From positions 1 to 64,000 of IMG/VR virus record IMGVR_UViG_3300035034_001216: 64,000 bases of DNA. One strand, written 5' to 3'. Below the pieces are notes generated by a model that was not told the origin of the DNA, made no database searches, and worked only from the letters and a program-made list of their open reading frames with translations. Of this stretch, positions 21,101 through 31,300 are shown in pieces. How positions within the stretch are numbered: the stretch's first letter is position 1; every line of letters starts with the position of its first letter. The DNA comes from a virus. Both the position numbers and the translations under genes were made by a program.

Positions 21101-24100
21101 TAGTTCTTTAGAAACTAAAGCTGAAAACTATAAAGATCCTAATAAAGTTAATAGAGTATCAGATGTAGAAAAAGACATTAATATAGTAAAAGGAGGTATA
21201 GGTTATTATGTTAATAGATCTGCACAAGAATCCTCTAATCAAGAAGACAATAACAGGTTTTTAAAAGAATTTAAAGAACTGTTAAAAGAGCTTGAAAAAG
21301 GACTTAAAGTAGTTGAGGATAATGAAGAAAAGAATAAAGCAAAGCTTCTAAGAATTAAAGAAGACATTGCTGAAGAGAAATGGAATGGTCTTGGAAGAGA
21401 TAAGGATGGTAAAGTCGTAGATAAAGATATTGATGCTTGGTTAAGTAAAAATCTACCAGAAGAAGAAGGTAAATTATCATATGTTGATATTGTAGCTAAA
21501 GCAGAAAAAGATAATTGGAATCCTATTTATGCATCCTATATTTACTCTGAGATAAACAAAAGAAAGAAGCAAACTGGATTTAAGAAACTTTTAAATAAGA
21601 AATTAAACCAAGCAACTAATAATGCTTTAAATGAATTAAGAAGTTTAGGTGAGGAAGCTTATAACGGCGTATGGGAAGTATTAAACTATCAGGGTGATCA
21701 ATTACTACCTGCTTATAGAAAGAACCCCAGATCAACTCTCTATTCGCTATTTAAAGTTACGGATTTCTTCTTAGATGTGTATCCTTTAGATGCACCCGGC
21801 AATAGTAATGTAAGTAATTATTTAACTTCTAATTCTGTTAGTGACTTTGACATTAACAATAGTGATAAAAAATTAAAAGGATTAATAACAAATCATTTAA
21901 AAGGAGTTGCTTATGCAGAAGCTATAAATTTAGTGTCTTCTAATCAAAACTTAGTAAGTAGAATTAATACTGAAAAAGCTCTTACGGAGCTATTAGATAG
22001 AAATGATTTTGCTCCTACTCCAAACCAAGTAGATGCTATTAGATCCGCTTATTCATTCTTTTTAGCTGATAACAAGAAAGGACTATTTGGTAACACAGCA
22101 GTGTTGGGTGGGGTAACAGGTTCTGGTAAAACAAAAGTATTTGTAGATTGGGTTAAGAATTTATTAACAATAGACAACGATAATATATTTGCTTTAGGTC
22201 ATACAGAGAATAGTACTATGACTATTAATGCTGAAGTTCCTAATGCAAATAAGGAGGGACGAAGTATTATGGATTTTGTTCCACCAAACGTTCTTGATGG
22301 AAGTGATAACTTAACACCTCAGCAAGTAACTGAGATAGCAAAAACATTTCCTGAGAATATTGAGTTGTTTATAATGGATGAGGCATTTGCTTTGACTGCT
22401 ACTGCAATGCTAAGTTTTTCAAGACTTACTACTGAGTACAATAGATTAAATGAAAGTAAGGCTAAATTTGTAGTATTAGGAGATCCCTCTCAGCTTACTA
22501 TTGAAGCATTAGATTCTATATCAGGAATAGGTAGTAAGGGTAGCACTTCTAATTTCTTAGAAGACTCTGGCTTACGAGCAGAAGATGTTTCAAAAGGATT
22601 TATCAATCTTACATTTTTACCGTTCCTATCTATAAATTATAGAAGTAATAACTTTGCAATTGCAAATGCTCAAACGCAATATGTAGGAAAACAAAGTATA
22701 CCTGAGAACTTAAGCTTTCAGTCCTCTGACAAACCTCTTACCTCAAAAGCTCCTTATGGAGCACACTCTGTTGATACTAAAGATCAAGTCTTACAAGTAT
22801 TAGCTAACAACTTAGGGAATGGTAGGACAAAGTTAGTTATAACAGAAACTACGGGTGATGCTCAGAGAATAGTTGATGACCTTGGTAAGAGTCAAATGGC
22901 TAAGAAGGTTGGTAAGGAATTTGAAGTTAGAGTAATGGCGGCTATTGATGCGCAAGGAGATGAGGCTCAAGAAGTTTATATTCTTGTTAGTCCTGATGCA
23001 GCAGTTAACTCAAAAACTTATAATAAACCAATTCCTTTATCAGTAAGGAAAGTGATCAGAAATACTGGTGGTAAAAAAGAACTTACATACGGAGCATATA
23101 ATACTATTATGTATATGTTAATAGGTCGTGCTATGGATTATGTAGTACTACCTGCTGTAGCAAAAGGAACTATTAAACAAAAAGTCACTGACAATGCTGC
23201 CACTAATATACAGCAATTTAAAATAGGTATAAAAGAAAACAAAGATGAATATGTTGCTCAACTAAACGAAGAAGGTAGAATACTAGAAAGTTTAACGGGT
23301 TTAAAAAGTAAGCCAATAAATGTAAATACTAAATCATCAACTGAAACTACTAATAACCCGGAAGAAACGGAAGAAACGGAAGAGTCTCAAGAAGGTGCTA
23401 AATCTTACAAAAAAGAAGACACTGTTCTAGAGGAGCAATTAGGTGAGGATGATGATATAGAAGAAGGTACTACTGTGATTGTTGGAGAACAATCTCTTGC
23501 GAAACCCGGGGAAGAAAGTAGGAATGAAGAGTTCTCAGATCAAACCGAAACTAAAGAGGAAGGTAGAGCTGTAATGCTTGCTGACAATGAAAAGTCAGAA
23601 ACAGAAGAAGGTAATGAAAGTACTATACAAGAAGTACCAAACACATTAGTTAATATTGATTCTGAGAAAGGACCTTGGGATATGAAAATAGAACACCCTG
23701 TTTCTTTAAATATAAAGCAAATAGAAGAGTTACAACTACAGGGTGAAGAACTTGAAGGTAAACAGGTTTATTTTGCAAAGATAGCTACTGGTAAGAAAAA
23801 TGGCTTTGCAATAAAAGTTTATTATCCTATTAGACCTGTAAGTGGTAAAGGAAGTAGAGATAATGAGTTTCTTGAAATTGGTGAGATTAGTGCCGAGACT
23901 TTTAAATCTATTGCAGGTCAACATTTAAATAAAAACTTAAAAGTTAATAAACGTTCTACAGGACGAGGTAAAAATATTATATTTGATAGCATAGATAATC
24001 TGATTCCCGCTACTGTTAACTATGCATCTACGGCTAGAATTTTTTATCAAGACAAACCTATAGATCCAAATCCAAAAGTAGCGTTAAGAACAACATTGGA

Positions 24101-26462
24101 TATAATTCAAAATACATTCTTTAAACGAGAGCAAGTAGATAATAAAGAAATTGAGAGTGAGATAGTAATTGCAACTCAAAAAAATACTGATAGTCAAAAG
24201 AATACACATCCTGCTTTTGAAGTAAAACGTAATTACCAATTAGGTGCTCCTTATTTGTACATAAGTGCTGGTAACTCTAAATTCGTTGCAAGACTTAGTA
24301 TGCAAGCTCTAACTAGTACAGACCCTGAATCTAAAATTTTATTAGACTACTTAGATAATGTAGATCAATTAGAGGCTAGAGCTAAAGATGCTGGATTTGA
24401 TATTCAGATGGGAACTAAAGAATTCTCTACATTAGTTAAAATTGCAAGAACTTGGAACAGTATATCTGTAAGACCAAAGAAAGAACATTATGATGATGAT
24501 AACAATAGTAAGTATTATATTAGAAGGTTTAGAGGCTGGAAAGATAACATAGATTTAAAAGATAGTAAAAAAGCTGGTGTATCCGAAGAGTTTGTAATGA
24601 ATAATTTAGAGCTTATAAATAAATTATATATTGCTACACACTCCGTTTCTGTTTTTAATAAAGTTGTTACTCGTGAAGAATATGAAGACAAGTTTAGAGA
24701 TAAATGGGATGCGGTAGAAAGAGGTGATGGTAAGTTTACTCTTACAAGAACTGATAGTTCAACAGGACATATAGATCACTATATGGAGTTTAGAAAAACT
24801 CAAGTTAAATCTTCTGCTCTATCTGCTTTATATAAATTAGTTGTAGCAAATCAATTTGAAAATGAAGATGACATAGATGAAAAGACTGGGGAGGTTACTA
24901 AATCTAAACAAGCTAATGATTTTATAAAAGCCGTTAGATATAAAGTTAAAAATAGAGCTTCAAGAAAAGCTTTCAATCCATCAGGACTTTTACCTCAATC
25001 TCTTTTAAATTCCGAAAACATTCTATACAAAATTATAAGAGATAGATTTTTTAGATTAAAAAAGAAAAGCGGTTTTGGAGGATTACCTGATATTTCTAAT
25101 GATGAAATTGACGAGAATAATTATAAAGACTATATTAAAATTCTTGAAGACTTTGTAAAGAAATATAAAAACTTAGATACTGCTGAAATTACTAAGTCTA
25201 TAAATGATATAAAAAAGTACGAAGAAGACTACCCTCAAACAAAAATGACATCTCAAAATTTAAGAGATCTTTTACAGTTTGATGAGAATGGTATATCTAG
25301 TTTCGGTGACGGTACTTATTTAAGAAAACCTTTATTTATAAGAACAGTTGATTATTGGAGTGATAAAGATAAAACACAAAACTTTGAAGATTTAATAGAC
25401 AAAGCTTCTAAAGTTTTAACATCAAACGTCAGTGGTGCTCAAGCTACAGAACTTTATGTACGTATCAGTCCTGACAATACTACACAAACAGAAACGCAGC
25501 CTACAGAGACAGAAACTACGGAAGAGGATGATACTGGCCAAGATGATATTCCTGATAGCTTTGATGGCTTTCTTGATGATGATGATAATACAGAAAGAGG
25601 GTTTACTGAAGAAGTTACTAACCCTAGTCAAATTAGTATGGAGCAAGCTAAGGCAATTGCTCAAAGAATCATACCGGGAATTACAGACTCACAATTAGAG
25701 TTTGTACAGATGCATTTATTAAATTCTAAGATGGATTATAACGGTGCTAACAAAAGACTTGGAATGATGAAAGGTAATATGATTAAGCTAGGTCTTGTAG
25801 AAAGTACGGAGAAAGATCCTAAAGTTTATGAGCAAGTAGCTTATCATGAACTTATGCACTTGTTATGGAACTATTACATACCTTATAGCACTAAGAAAAA
25901 AGTTATTGCTTGGATGGCAAATGAGTATCCTGAAACACAGTCAATGAACCATATTGATCTCGATGAGTTCATTTCTAGAAAGTTTCAAGACTATAGACCT
26001 GAAGAAAAAGAACAAGGTAATTTGTTACAAAGACTATTTGATAAATTTATTTCTTGGTTTAATCTTTTGAATACTAAAGAAAAATCGTTATATTCGTTAT
26101 TCGAAGAAATACATCAGGGCAAATATTCAACAAGAAAAGATTATTCTTCGTCTGAGTTTAAGCAAATAACTAAAGAGTATAACACAAAAATTACTCAGAA
26201 GTTAAATGAACTTGTAAAAGAAAAAGAAATTGATAAAGAATGTAAAGGTGGTATTGGAGGTATATTTAAAGCTAAAGATGGTTTCTCTAATGGATTAACT
26301 AAAGGTGGTAAATGGAAAGTATTAAAAAGATTTAAAGGTAAGTCACATGAACAAGGAGGAATAGATATCACAGTAAGCAAAAGCGGAATAAAGATGAGTA
26401 AGTCTGAGGGCCTAATAGAAGCTAAGTATGGTCTTGTAATACCAAACAAAAGTTATGATTAA
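18108..26462 (+). CDS. Giant polyvalent virion protein with SF1 helicase-like and zincin-like domains
   Basis: TEGVWEENVQ ejection-protein motif; GVTGSGKT, IMDEAF, LGDPSQL, SINYRS, AQGDE, IGRAMD (SF1 motifs); HELMH near the C-terminus. Confidence 0.8.
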   Translation: MGNIKFFDQDDLSYFDEGTTNYDQEPRRKNPSQLLGQNVVPGQGLGSPYVFSFQGEALDAFTPYLGKNIRPDSDPVEDRAQAQSAGERWLNAAGRFAPAVVGKTLQSAGNILGLPAIAVTGDINTMIDNPIVNLGRAMENYMDESLPIYQKKVYTQGSFTEKLGTSEFWTIDFMDGLEFLTSAYATSLGVGAAVKGIGTKALQNSITNINKVHKTRLAEKLIQQKVTDAAQIAYMTEFGLTTALNTVGEAGIEAREMRDQLLQQGASMEVATKAASNVAIQNVGALLLSNAWQSRLFMGSPISKASRLKEMQKAFNKTAGKKAGEMVTLQQLQKGAEGIKTNLGREFLKQGSISAVTEGVWEENVQTAIQIVNEDNALHNPDYLNQNAVNLMGNIAHQMVDNFTETEGQSSIFLGAMLGLFGAAGSSIRDTRNLKNVDQKVLESIASAESMNWGNLSSFLKTKKDEKGNTIFDTDENGDVIADPFNAALLTFKLLEDKSLYDSNMAAIAQEDETAHRILSQMTLARDFFRHSGDKSDIDFFNAKKDILTVGEEEGYEGQIREFQRKYLPKLAKLAAITKDMAPIKGVSEDVNKTIQAATYYQGAMQFIIDELIAEQSKLVSNTGTPLDEEYNSKVNKRLEFLKTLKEDSENRFEKLTDQDVIRDLDKKGAFDRRALDTRMKEIEELETKLGQTTDLKEKLKLEEELEQKRSTFNYESYLESQKYGILFGRNKEKQIITSAKPPIFFDINVDEAKQARQNEGGISSSGLSKVEMAMFEVGTSYALREEIDENLKKITEDESSSLAEKMSKIDAFLTTVEGYVSSKNSNYFGDPTGQIDSIRALKNDIKEIEDEINNIILQLNKAKQAVLQNDDPIIVTQELTGIDQEGNIVDEERVASIERVTSKPTTELKQALDEAFEQEDIEGYAKTIDNVIKGITIFNNIPIKINQLNNKVDNVTDAYVESVQRIQDYTGQKTKLVQGDIYGYDNYFDAIITEEEISSLETKAENYKDPNKVNRVSDVEKDINIVKGGIGYYVNRSAQESSNQEDNNRFLKEFKELLKELEKGLKVVEDNEEKNKAKLLRIKEDIAEEKWNGLGRDKDGKVVDKDIDAWLSKNLPEEEGKLSYVDIVAKAEKDNWNPIYASYIYSEINKRKKQTGFKKLLNKKLNQATNNALNELRSLGEEAYNGVWEVLNYQGDQLLPAYRKNPRSTLYSLFKVTDFFLDVYPLDAPGNSNVSNYLTSNSVSDFDINNSDKKLKGLITNHLKGVAYAEAINLVSSNQNLVSRINTEKALTELLDRNDFAPTPNQVDAIRSAYSFFLADNKKGLFGNTAVLGGVTGSGKTKVFVDWVKNLLTIDNDNIFALGHTENSTMTINAEVPNANKEGRSIMDFVPPNVLDGSDNLTPQQVTEIAKTFPENIELFIMDEAFALTATAMLSFSRLTTEYNRLNESKAKFVVLGDPSQLTIEALDSISGIGSKGSTSNFLEDSGLRAEDVSKGFINLTFLPFLSINYRSNNFAIANAQTQYVGKQSIPENLSFQSSDKPLTSKAPYGAHSVDTKDQVLQVLANNLGNGRTKLVITETTGDAQRIVDDLGKSQMAKKVGKEFEVRVMAAIDAQGDEAQEVYILVSPDAAVNSKTYNKPIPLSVRKVIRNTGGKKELTYGAYNTIMYMLIGRAMDYVVLPAVAKGTIKQKVTDNAATNIQQFKIGIKENKDEYVAQLNEEGRILESLTGLKSKPINVNTKSSTETTNNPEETEETEESQEGAKSYKKEDTVLEEQLGEDDDIEEGTTVIVGEQSLAKPGEESRNEEFSDQTETKEEGRAVMLADNEKSETEEGNESTIQEVPNTLVNIDSEKGPWDMKIEHPVSLNIKQIEELQLQGEELEGKQVYFAKIATGKKNGFAIKVYYPIRPVSGKGSRDNEFLEIGEISAETFKSIAGQHLNKNLKVNKRSTGRGKNIIFDSIDNLIPATVNYASTARIFYQDKPIDPNPKVALRTTLDIIQNTFFKREQVDNKEIESEIVIATQKNTDSQKNTHPAFEVKRNYQLGAPYLYISAGNSKFVARLSMQALTSTDPESKILLDYLDNVDQLEARAKDAGFDIQMGTKEFSTLVKIARTWNSISVRPKKEHYDDDNNSKYYIRRFRGWKDNIDLKDSKKAGVSEEFVMNNLELINKLYIATHSVSVFNKVVTREEYEDKFRDKWDAVERGDGKFTLTRTDSSTGHIDHYMEFRKTQVKSSALSALYKLVVANQFENEDDIDEKTGEVTKSKQANDFIKAVRYKVKNRASRKAFNPSGLLPQSLLNSENILYKIIRDRFFRLKKKSGFGGLPDISNDEIDENNYKDYIKILEDFVKKYKNLDTAEITKSINDIKKYEEDYPQTKMTSQNLRDLLQFDENGISSFGDGTYLRKPLFIRTVDYWSDKDKTQNFEDLIDKASKVLTSNVSGAQATELYVRISPDNTTQTETQPTETETTEEDDTGQDDIPDSFDGFLDDDDNTERGFTEEVTNPSQISMEQAKAIAQRIIPGITDSQLEFVQMHLLNSKMDYNGANKRLGMMKGNMIKLGLVESTEKDPKVYEQVAYHELMHLLWNYYIPYSTKKKVIAWMANEYPETQSMNHIDLDEFISRKFQDYRPEEKEQGNLLQRLFDKFISWFNLLNTKEKSLYSLFEEIHQGKYSTRKDYSSSEFKQITKEYNTKITQKLNELVKEKEIDKECKGGIGGIFKAKDGFSNGLTKGGKWKVLKRFKGKSHEQGGIDITVSKSGIKMSKSEGLIEAKYGLVIPNKSYD

Positions 26463-28389
26463 GATAGAAGTAGAAGGGTCCGAACTAGCTCTTCAAAATT
26501 CAAATGGAGATGTGGCTATCATACCTAAAAAATATAGGAGAGAAGCTGAAGACATGCTTAAAGAAGGATGTTACGATTGTCTTGACGATCTAATCAGTAC
26601 GTTGCCCGGAGCTAGTAATTATGCTCAGGACGGTACTCTTATAACTGATCCTCCACCTGTTAATCAAAATAACCCTGTAAACTTATCGCCAGTAGATATC
26701 GTTGCTGATAAGAATACTAAACAAGATCTACCTTTCTATTCAGATTTAAGTGAAGAAGAAAAACGTATGATGCCTCAGGATAATGTAATAGGTAGAGGTA
26801 TACGTCATAAAGCTCGTGAAGGTAAAGGTTTAGATGGTCAAGACATGGTAGACTTTACTAAAGGAATGATGTTTGGTGCTTTTAATAATGCAGGTCAGAT
26901 ACTTCAAACGCCACAATCATTAATGGTTGAAGGTATAGAACAAGCTAGAGGGAATGCCTATGATTATAATGTAGCATTACCAAACATTGGTAGCTATGAT
27001 TCTAATCAAAGAGTACCTTCTGATACTTTCTTAAAAGACGAACCCGGAGCTATTCAATTTGCTGGTGATATGTTATTAGATCCTACAGCCGCTGTAGGTG
27101 GAGCACTTGGAGCTCTTTCTAAAACTAGTAAAGCATCTAAAGCTACTAGGCTAGTAGATGATATAATACCTGAAGGTAAAGCTTCTAAAGTTATATCACC
27201 TGACCCAGATAAAGAGTTATTAAAAGCGATGCCCGAAGAAGGAGTGGTAAAGGAATTACAGAAAGATGATTATGGAAATACAAATGCTGAGTTTCAAAAA
27301 ACACTGAATGTAGATAAAGTTTTAGATGTGGATAATGTCAATATTGAAAAAGTAAGTGATCAGCTTAATAAAAAATATAATTTAGATCTTTATGGTGGTA
27401 AACAAGACTTTAAACCAATGAAACCAGAAGATATTCAAGACGCTTTAGAATTAAAGTATAAAGATAAAACCGCTAAAATAATAAAGAAAATTAGTTTAGA
27501 TGATCTCCCAACGGTTGATGAAAATTTTAAATTTGTTAGTAAACCTAAAAACAAGAGTAGTGAAAGGTTTAATTTAGATGAGGAATATTTTACAAATCTA
27601 AAAGAAAAATATAGAAAAGAATTTGAAAAAGTAATAGGTGTTGAAGATAAAACGACTAGACCAAATAATACAGATAAAGCAGAAGATTTCGAAACTAATT
27701 ATTCTGAAAAAGATTTAGGGTTATATGTAAAGTTTAAAGAAGCAGAAAATTTAGAAACGCTAGAAATGATTAGATCTAAAAAGCTTGAAAAAATTAATAA
27801 AGCTTTTATTGACAAACATAAGTTAGATAGTAATTTTTCTAAAGAAGAAGAAATATTAATAGACTCATATACTAGAGGGTATGACACTCAAATAAATAAC
27901 AGATATGATCATTTAAAAGGGTCTAATGTTCAAACTAATTTTTATAATAAAATGGTTGCTCCGAAATTAGAAGCTGTTATTAAAAAAAATCAATTAAAAG
28001 CTGAAGAGATTTTTAAAAGAAGTCTTGGTAATCATAAAACAGTTATAGAAAGAAATGGCAAACTTATTGAAGGTCGATTTAATGATCTTCAAGTTGGAGA
28101 TATTTACAATCCTGACAGTTTTACTTCAGCAGCTTTAGAGGAAGGTAATTATAACGGATCAAGTGCACGTGAATTAGAAATAGTAGCTCCTAAAGGTCAA
28201 TCAGTTTTGTTTCCAAACTCAAGCGGTGTTAAAAATTATGAGCAGGAATTAGAAATTATTTTACCTCAAAAATTAAAGTATGAAGTTATTGAAAAAAATG
28301 GCAACAATATCAAAACTAAAATAATAAATCCTTATGTATTATTACCACTTATAGCAGGTCCCGGCGCTGCTGAAATGTTAAACGAATAA
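26455..28389 (+). CDS. Virion cargo protein with C-terminal ADP-ribosyltransferase (VIP2/Alt-like, R-S-E class)
   Basis: SYTRGYDTQINN, IFKRS (R), SFTSAA (S), EIVAPKG, EQELEIILP (ExE), KYEV in the canonical order. Confidence 0.8.
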   Translation: MIKIEVEGSELALQNSNGDVAIIPKKYRREAEDMLKEGCYDCLDDLISTLPGASNYAQDGTLITDPPPVNQNNPVNLSPVDIVADKNTKQDLPFYSDLSEEEKRMMPQDNVIGRGIRHKAREGKGLDGQDMVDFTKGMMFGAFNNAGQILQTPQSLMVEGIEQARGNAYDYNVALPNIGSYDSNQRVPSDTFLKDEPGAIQFAGDMLLDPTAAVGGALGALSKTSKASKATRLVDDIIPEGKASKVISPDPDKELLKAMPEEGVVKELQKDDYGNTNAEFQKTLNVDKVLDVDNVNIEKVSDQLNKKYNLDLYGGKQDFKPMKPEDIQDALELKYKDKTAKIIKKISLDDLPTVDENFKFVSKPKNKSSERFNLDEEYFTNLKEKYRKEFEKVIGVEDKTTRPNNTDKAEDFETNYSEKDLGLYVKFKEAENLETLEMIRSKKLEKINKAFIDKHKLDSNFSKEEEILIDSYTRGYDTQINNRYDHLKGSNVQTNFYNKMVAPKLEAVIKKNQLKAEEIFKRSLGNHKTVIERNGKLIEGRFNDLQVGDIYNPDSFTSAALEEGNYNGSSARELEIVAPKGQSVLFPNSSGVKNYEQELEIILPQKLKYEVIEKNGNNIKTKIINPYVLLPLIAGPGAAEMLNE

Positions 28390-28392
28390 AAT

Positions 28393-31300
28393 ATGATTTG
28401 TAAATATAGATATAAAGGTCAAATGTATTCTGAAGACGAGATTAGAAATCTTCTCGGTAATGAGTTCTTTGAAAAGGAACAATTTAATATTAAAGAATAC
28501 GAAGGTGCAGGAGCAGGTATGACTACTTACTCTCCTATTAGACTTGTTACTCTTAATGAGATTTTTGGTAGTGATACAGAAAGCCTTATACGTGCTCAGG
28601 ACATTATTACTAAGCGTATGGGAGAAATAGTCTATATAGGTAACGTGGGTGAAAATAAGACCCGAGGTGTAAGAAATGAAGATGGCACATTAAAAGAAGA
28701 GCAGAGTTATATATTCAAATTAAATAAAAAAGTTCAAGAGGGAAGATCTTTATTAGGACCTATACCCAAAAGAAGTTTATATGTCCCCGAAACTTTAGAA
28801 AGAGCAAGTGAAACAATGTACCAAAACATTGTAAGATATTTGAGACTTGTTGAAGATATGCAAAAGAAAAGGCCTTTGACTGAAAAGGAAGAAGCTAAAT
28901 TTTTACCATTGTATACATCACTTTCTAAGCTTGAAGACAAAAATAATTTTAAACACTTTTTGTCTACAATGTATCCAGAAGGTAGAAATACTATTAACAG
29001 TTCTAATTTAAATACTTTAGATCCATTAAGTGATCAAGATATACAAACTATATATGTTGACATTCAAGACAATATAAAGAAAGATCAAGAAAAAAGTCAG
29101 TCTAAACATATAAAGTTTCTTACAAATTTTATTGAGTACCAAACCCTTTCCCCTGAAGGTAAAGAAGTTATGAAGATTATTAGACAGCCTAAGTTTTCAT
29201 ATCTTGTTCTATTAGAAACTTTATCGGGTTCTTTTAATAGTAGGAATTTATTGTATGAACTAGATAGAACCTTTAAAAATTTAATGGGTATTTCTCCAGA
29301 TACTGATATATCAAATCTTACTGAAAAACAACAAAAGATAAAAGGTATATATATAAAGCTGACTGAGTTAATTACATATCAATTAGAAACAGGTCTTGAA
29401 ATACAAGAAGATAATATCCTAAACTCAATAAAGTTTGAAGGAGAAGACAATTTAATATTTGATAATACTTTTAAATTAAATCTTCATAAAACTTTTAATA
29501 GTAAAATAAACAAAGACTCTAATAAAATAATAACAAGAACTAGAATTAAAGGTGGTAAGAAAGGAGTAGAAACTACCTATGATTTTTTAGAAAGAATGGT
29601 TAAAGTTATAAATAGTCAAATTTTAGCAAACCCTAATCTTTCAGAAAAAGATTTAGTAGGTATAAAAGATTTAGCTAAAGCATGGACTTATCACTATAAT
29701 AAACTAACCCTTCAAGATTTATTTTCATTACTATCTTCTCAAAGAAATTCTCATCCTGAAATTACAGGTATAAGCGGTAAATATGGAAGTATAGTATTCA
29801 CGACAAGACCTATTACTAAGGGATCTCATGCTTATGATTTGCGTACTATATTTAGTGACAAGCTTATAAGAATGTTTAATACCAAGTCAGCAGTTGATGA
29901 ATTTAAAAAGAAACCTTATTACAAAGAAATATTAAAACTTTCTGATCCTAAAAAGAAAAGTTTAGATGATAAAACAAAAGCTATTAATTTATTTACACGT
30001 AATTTATTAGGAAAAAATAATATCAAGATTACAAATAATGATGATCTACGTATTATATCAAGGCAAATTAATTATTTTTTTACAGAGCTTGATAAAATAA
30101 CTATTACTCAAGAAGACTTAGATCACCTTTCTGCTAGAATATTAGCTGGGGATCAAACTGTGGAAGATGAGATTGAAAACACTCCTTTAGCAGATGCTAT
30201 AATAGAAGGCTCAGCTAACACAATTGTTAGTAAATTAGCTGAGTATTATGATGAAGTAGGTACTAGATCTCAAAAAGCTGTGGGGGTTTCTGCAGACGGA
30301 ACTCCGTTTTATGTATATCATTTATCATCTTATATAGAAAAATTACATGATTATGTTGCTGAAGCAGAAGGATTTAATCAAGTAAGACGAGTCAAAAATA
30401 AGATAAGTAATGCAGAGAGATTTGATATGCATCCCGAGTTGGTTAAAAAATACACGTCAAGAAATCCTATTGGTAAAAGAACATCTATTGGTAATATAAA
30501 ATTAGATAGAGGTACAAAAAATTATGGATTTCCTGTTATGTACAATCGTGAAAAAACTAATGATTGGTTTAAGCGTGAATTTTCTACAGGGTTTATAACA
30601 GCGGTTAAAAATTCTTCTAATGATGTTATTTATTATAATCACTATTACGCTCCTATTTCAAATAAACCTAATGCAAAAATGGTTGAGTTAGAGGTATTAA
30701 GTAGTGCTAATTTAAGAGCTAATATCAAAGATATAATTAGTATTATAGAAGATAGACCTGAAGATTTAAATGGACTAATAAAAAATTATAATAGCGAGGA
30801 TACATTACTATTTAGAGTTCTAAATGAAGTTGATCGTAGCAAGTCTAGAGATGATGTTGTTAGTCAAATATATGATAAGTTATTAGATATTGCAATTGAA
30901 GAAGCTCAAGAGTTTGTTGTAGATAATGAGCTATATATTTCAAAAGAAATTAGAGATGTAGAAGCAAAGCTTAGAGGTAATGGTAAAATTGGAGAAGAAC
31001 ATGATAATAGATTACTTAAAGCATTAAAAAGAGCAAAAATCATAAGTGAAAAAGATCAGACAATAAATAAAAGTCCTGATTTTTCTTATGGTAGTAAAAC
31101 ATTAAGTGATAATAATACTAGCATTAAAAACTATGATAATAAAGTTCAAGAGTTTATAGAAGTATATTCCTATTTTTTTGTAAATCATTATGTAAACTCA
31201 TTCCTATTAGGTGACTTATTTGTAGGGGACGCAGCCTTCTTTAAAGATGAAAACGATTACATAAAAAGATTATCTATACCTTTCTCTCCCGGAGTTAGTA

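Noticed and set aside
23360-23385. Short tandem repeat GAAGAAACG
   Set aside because: Two to three units encoding an acidic linker (EETEETEE); not a CRISPR or regulatory array.
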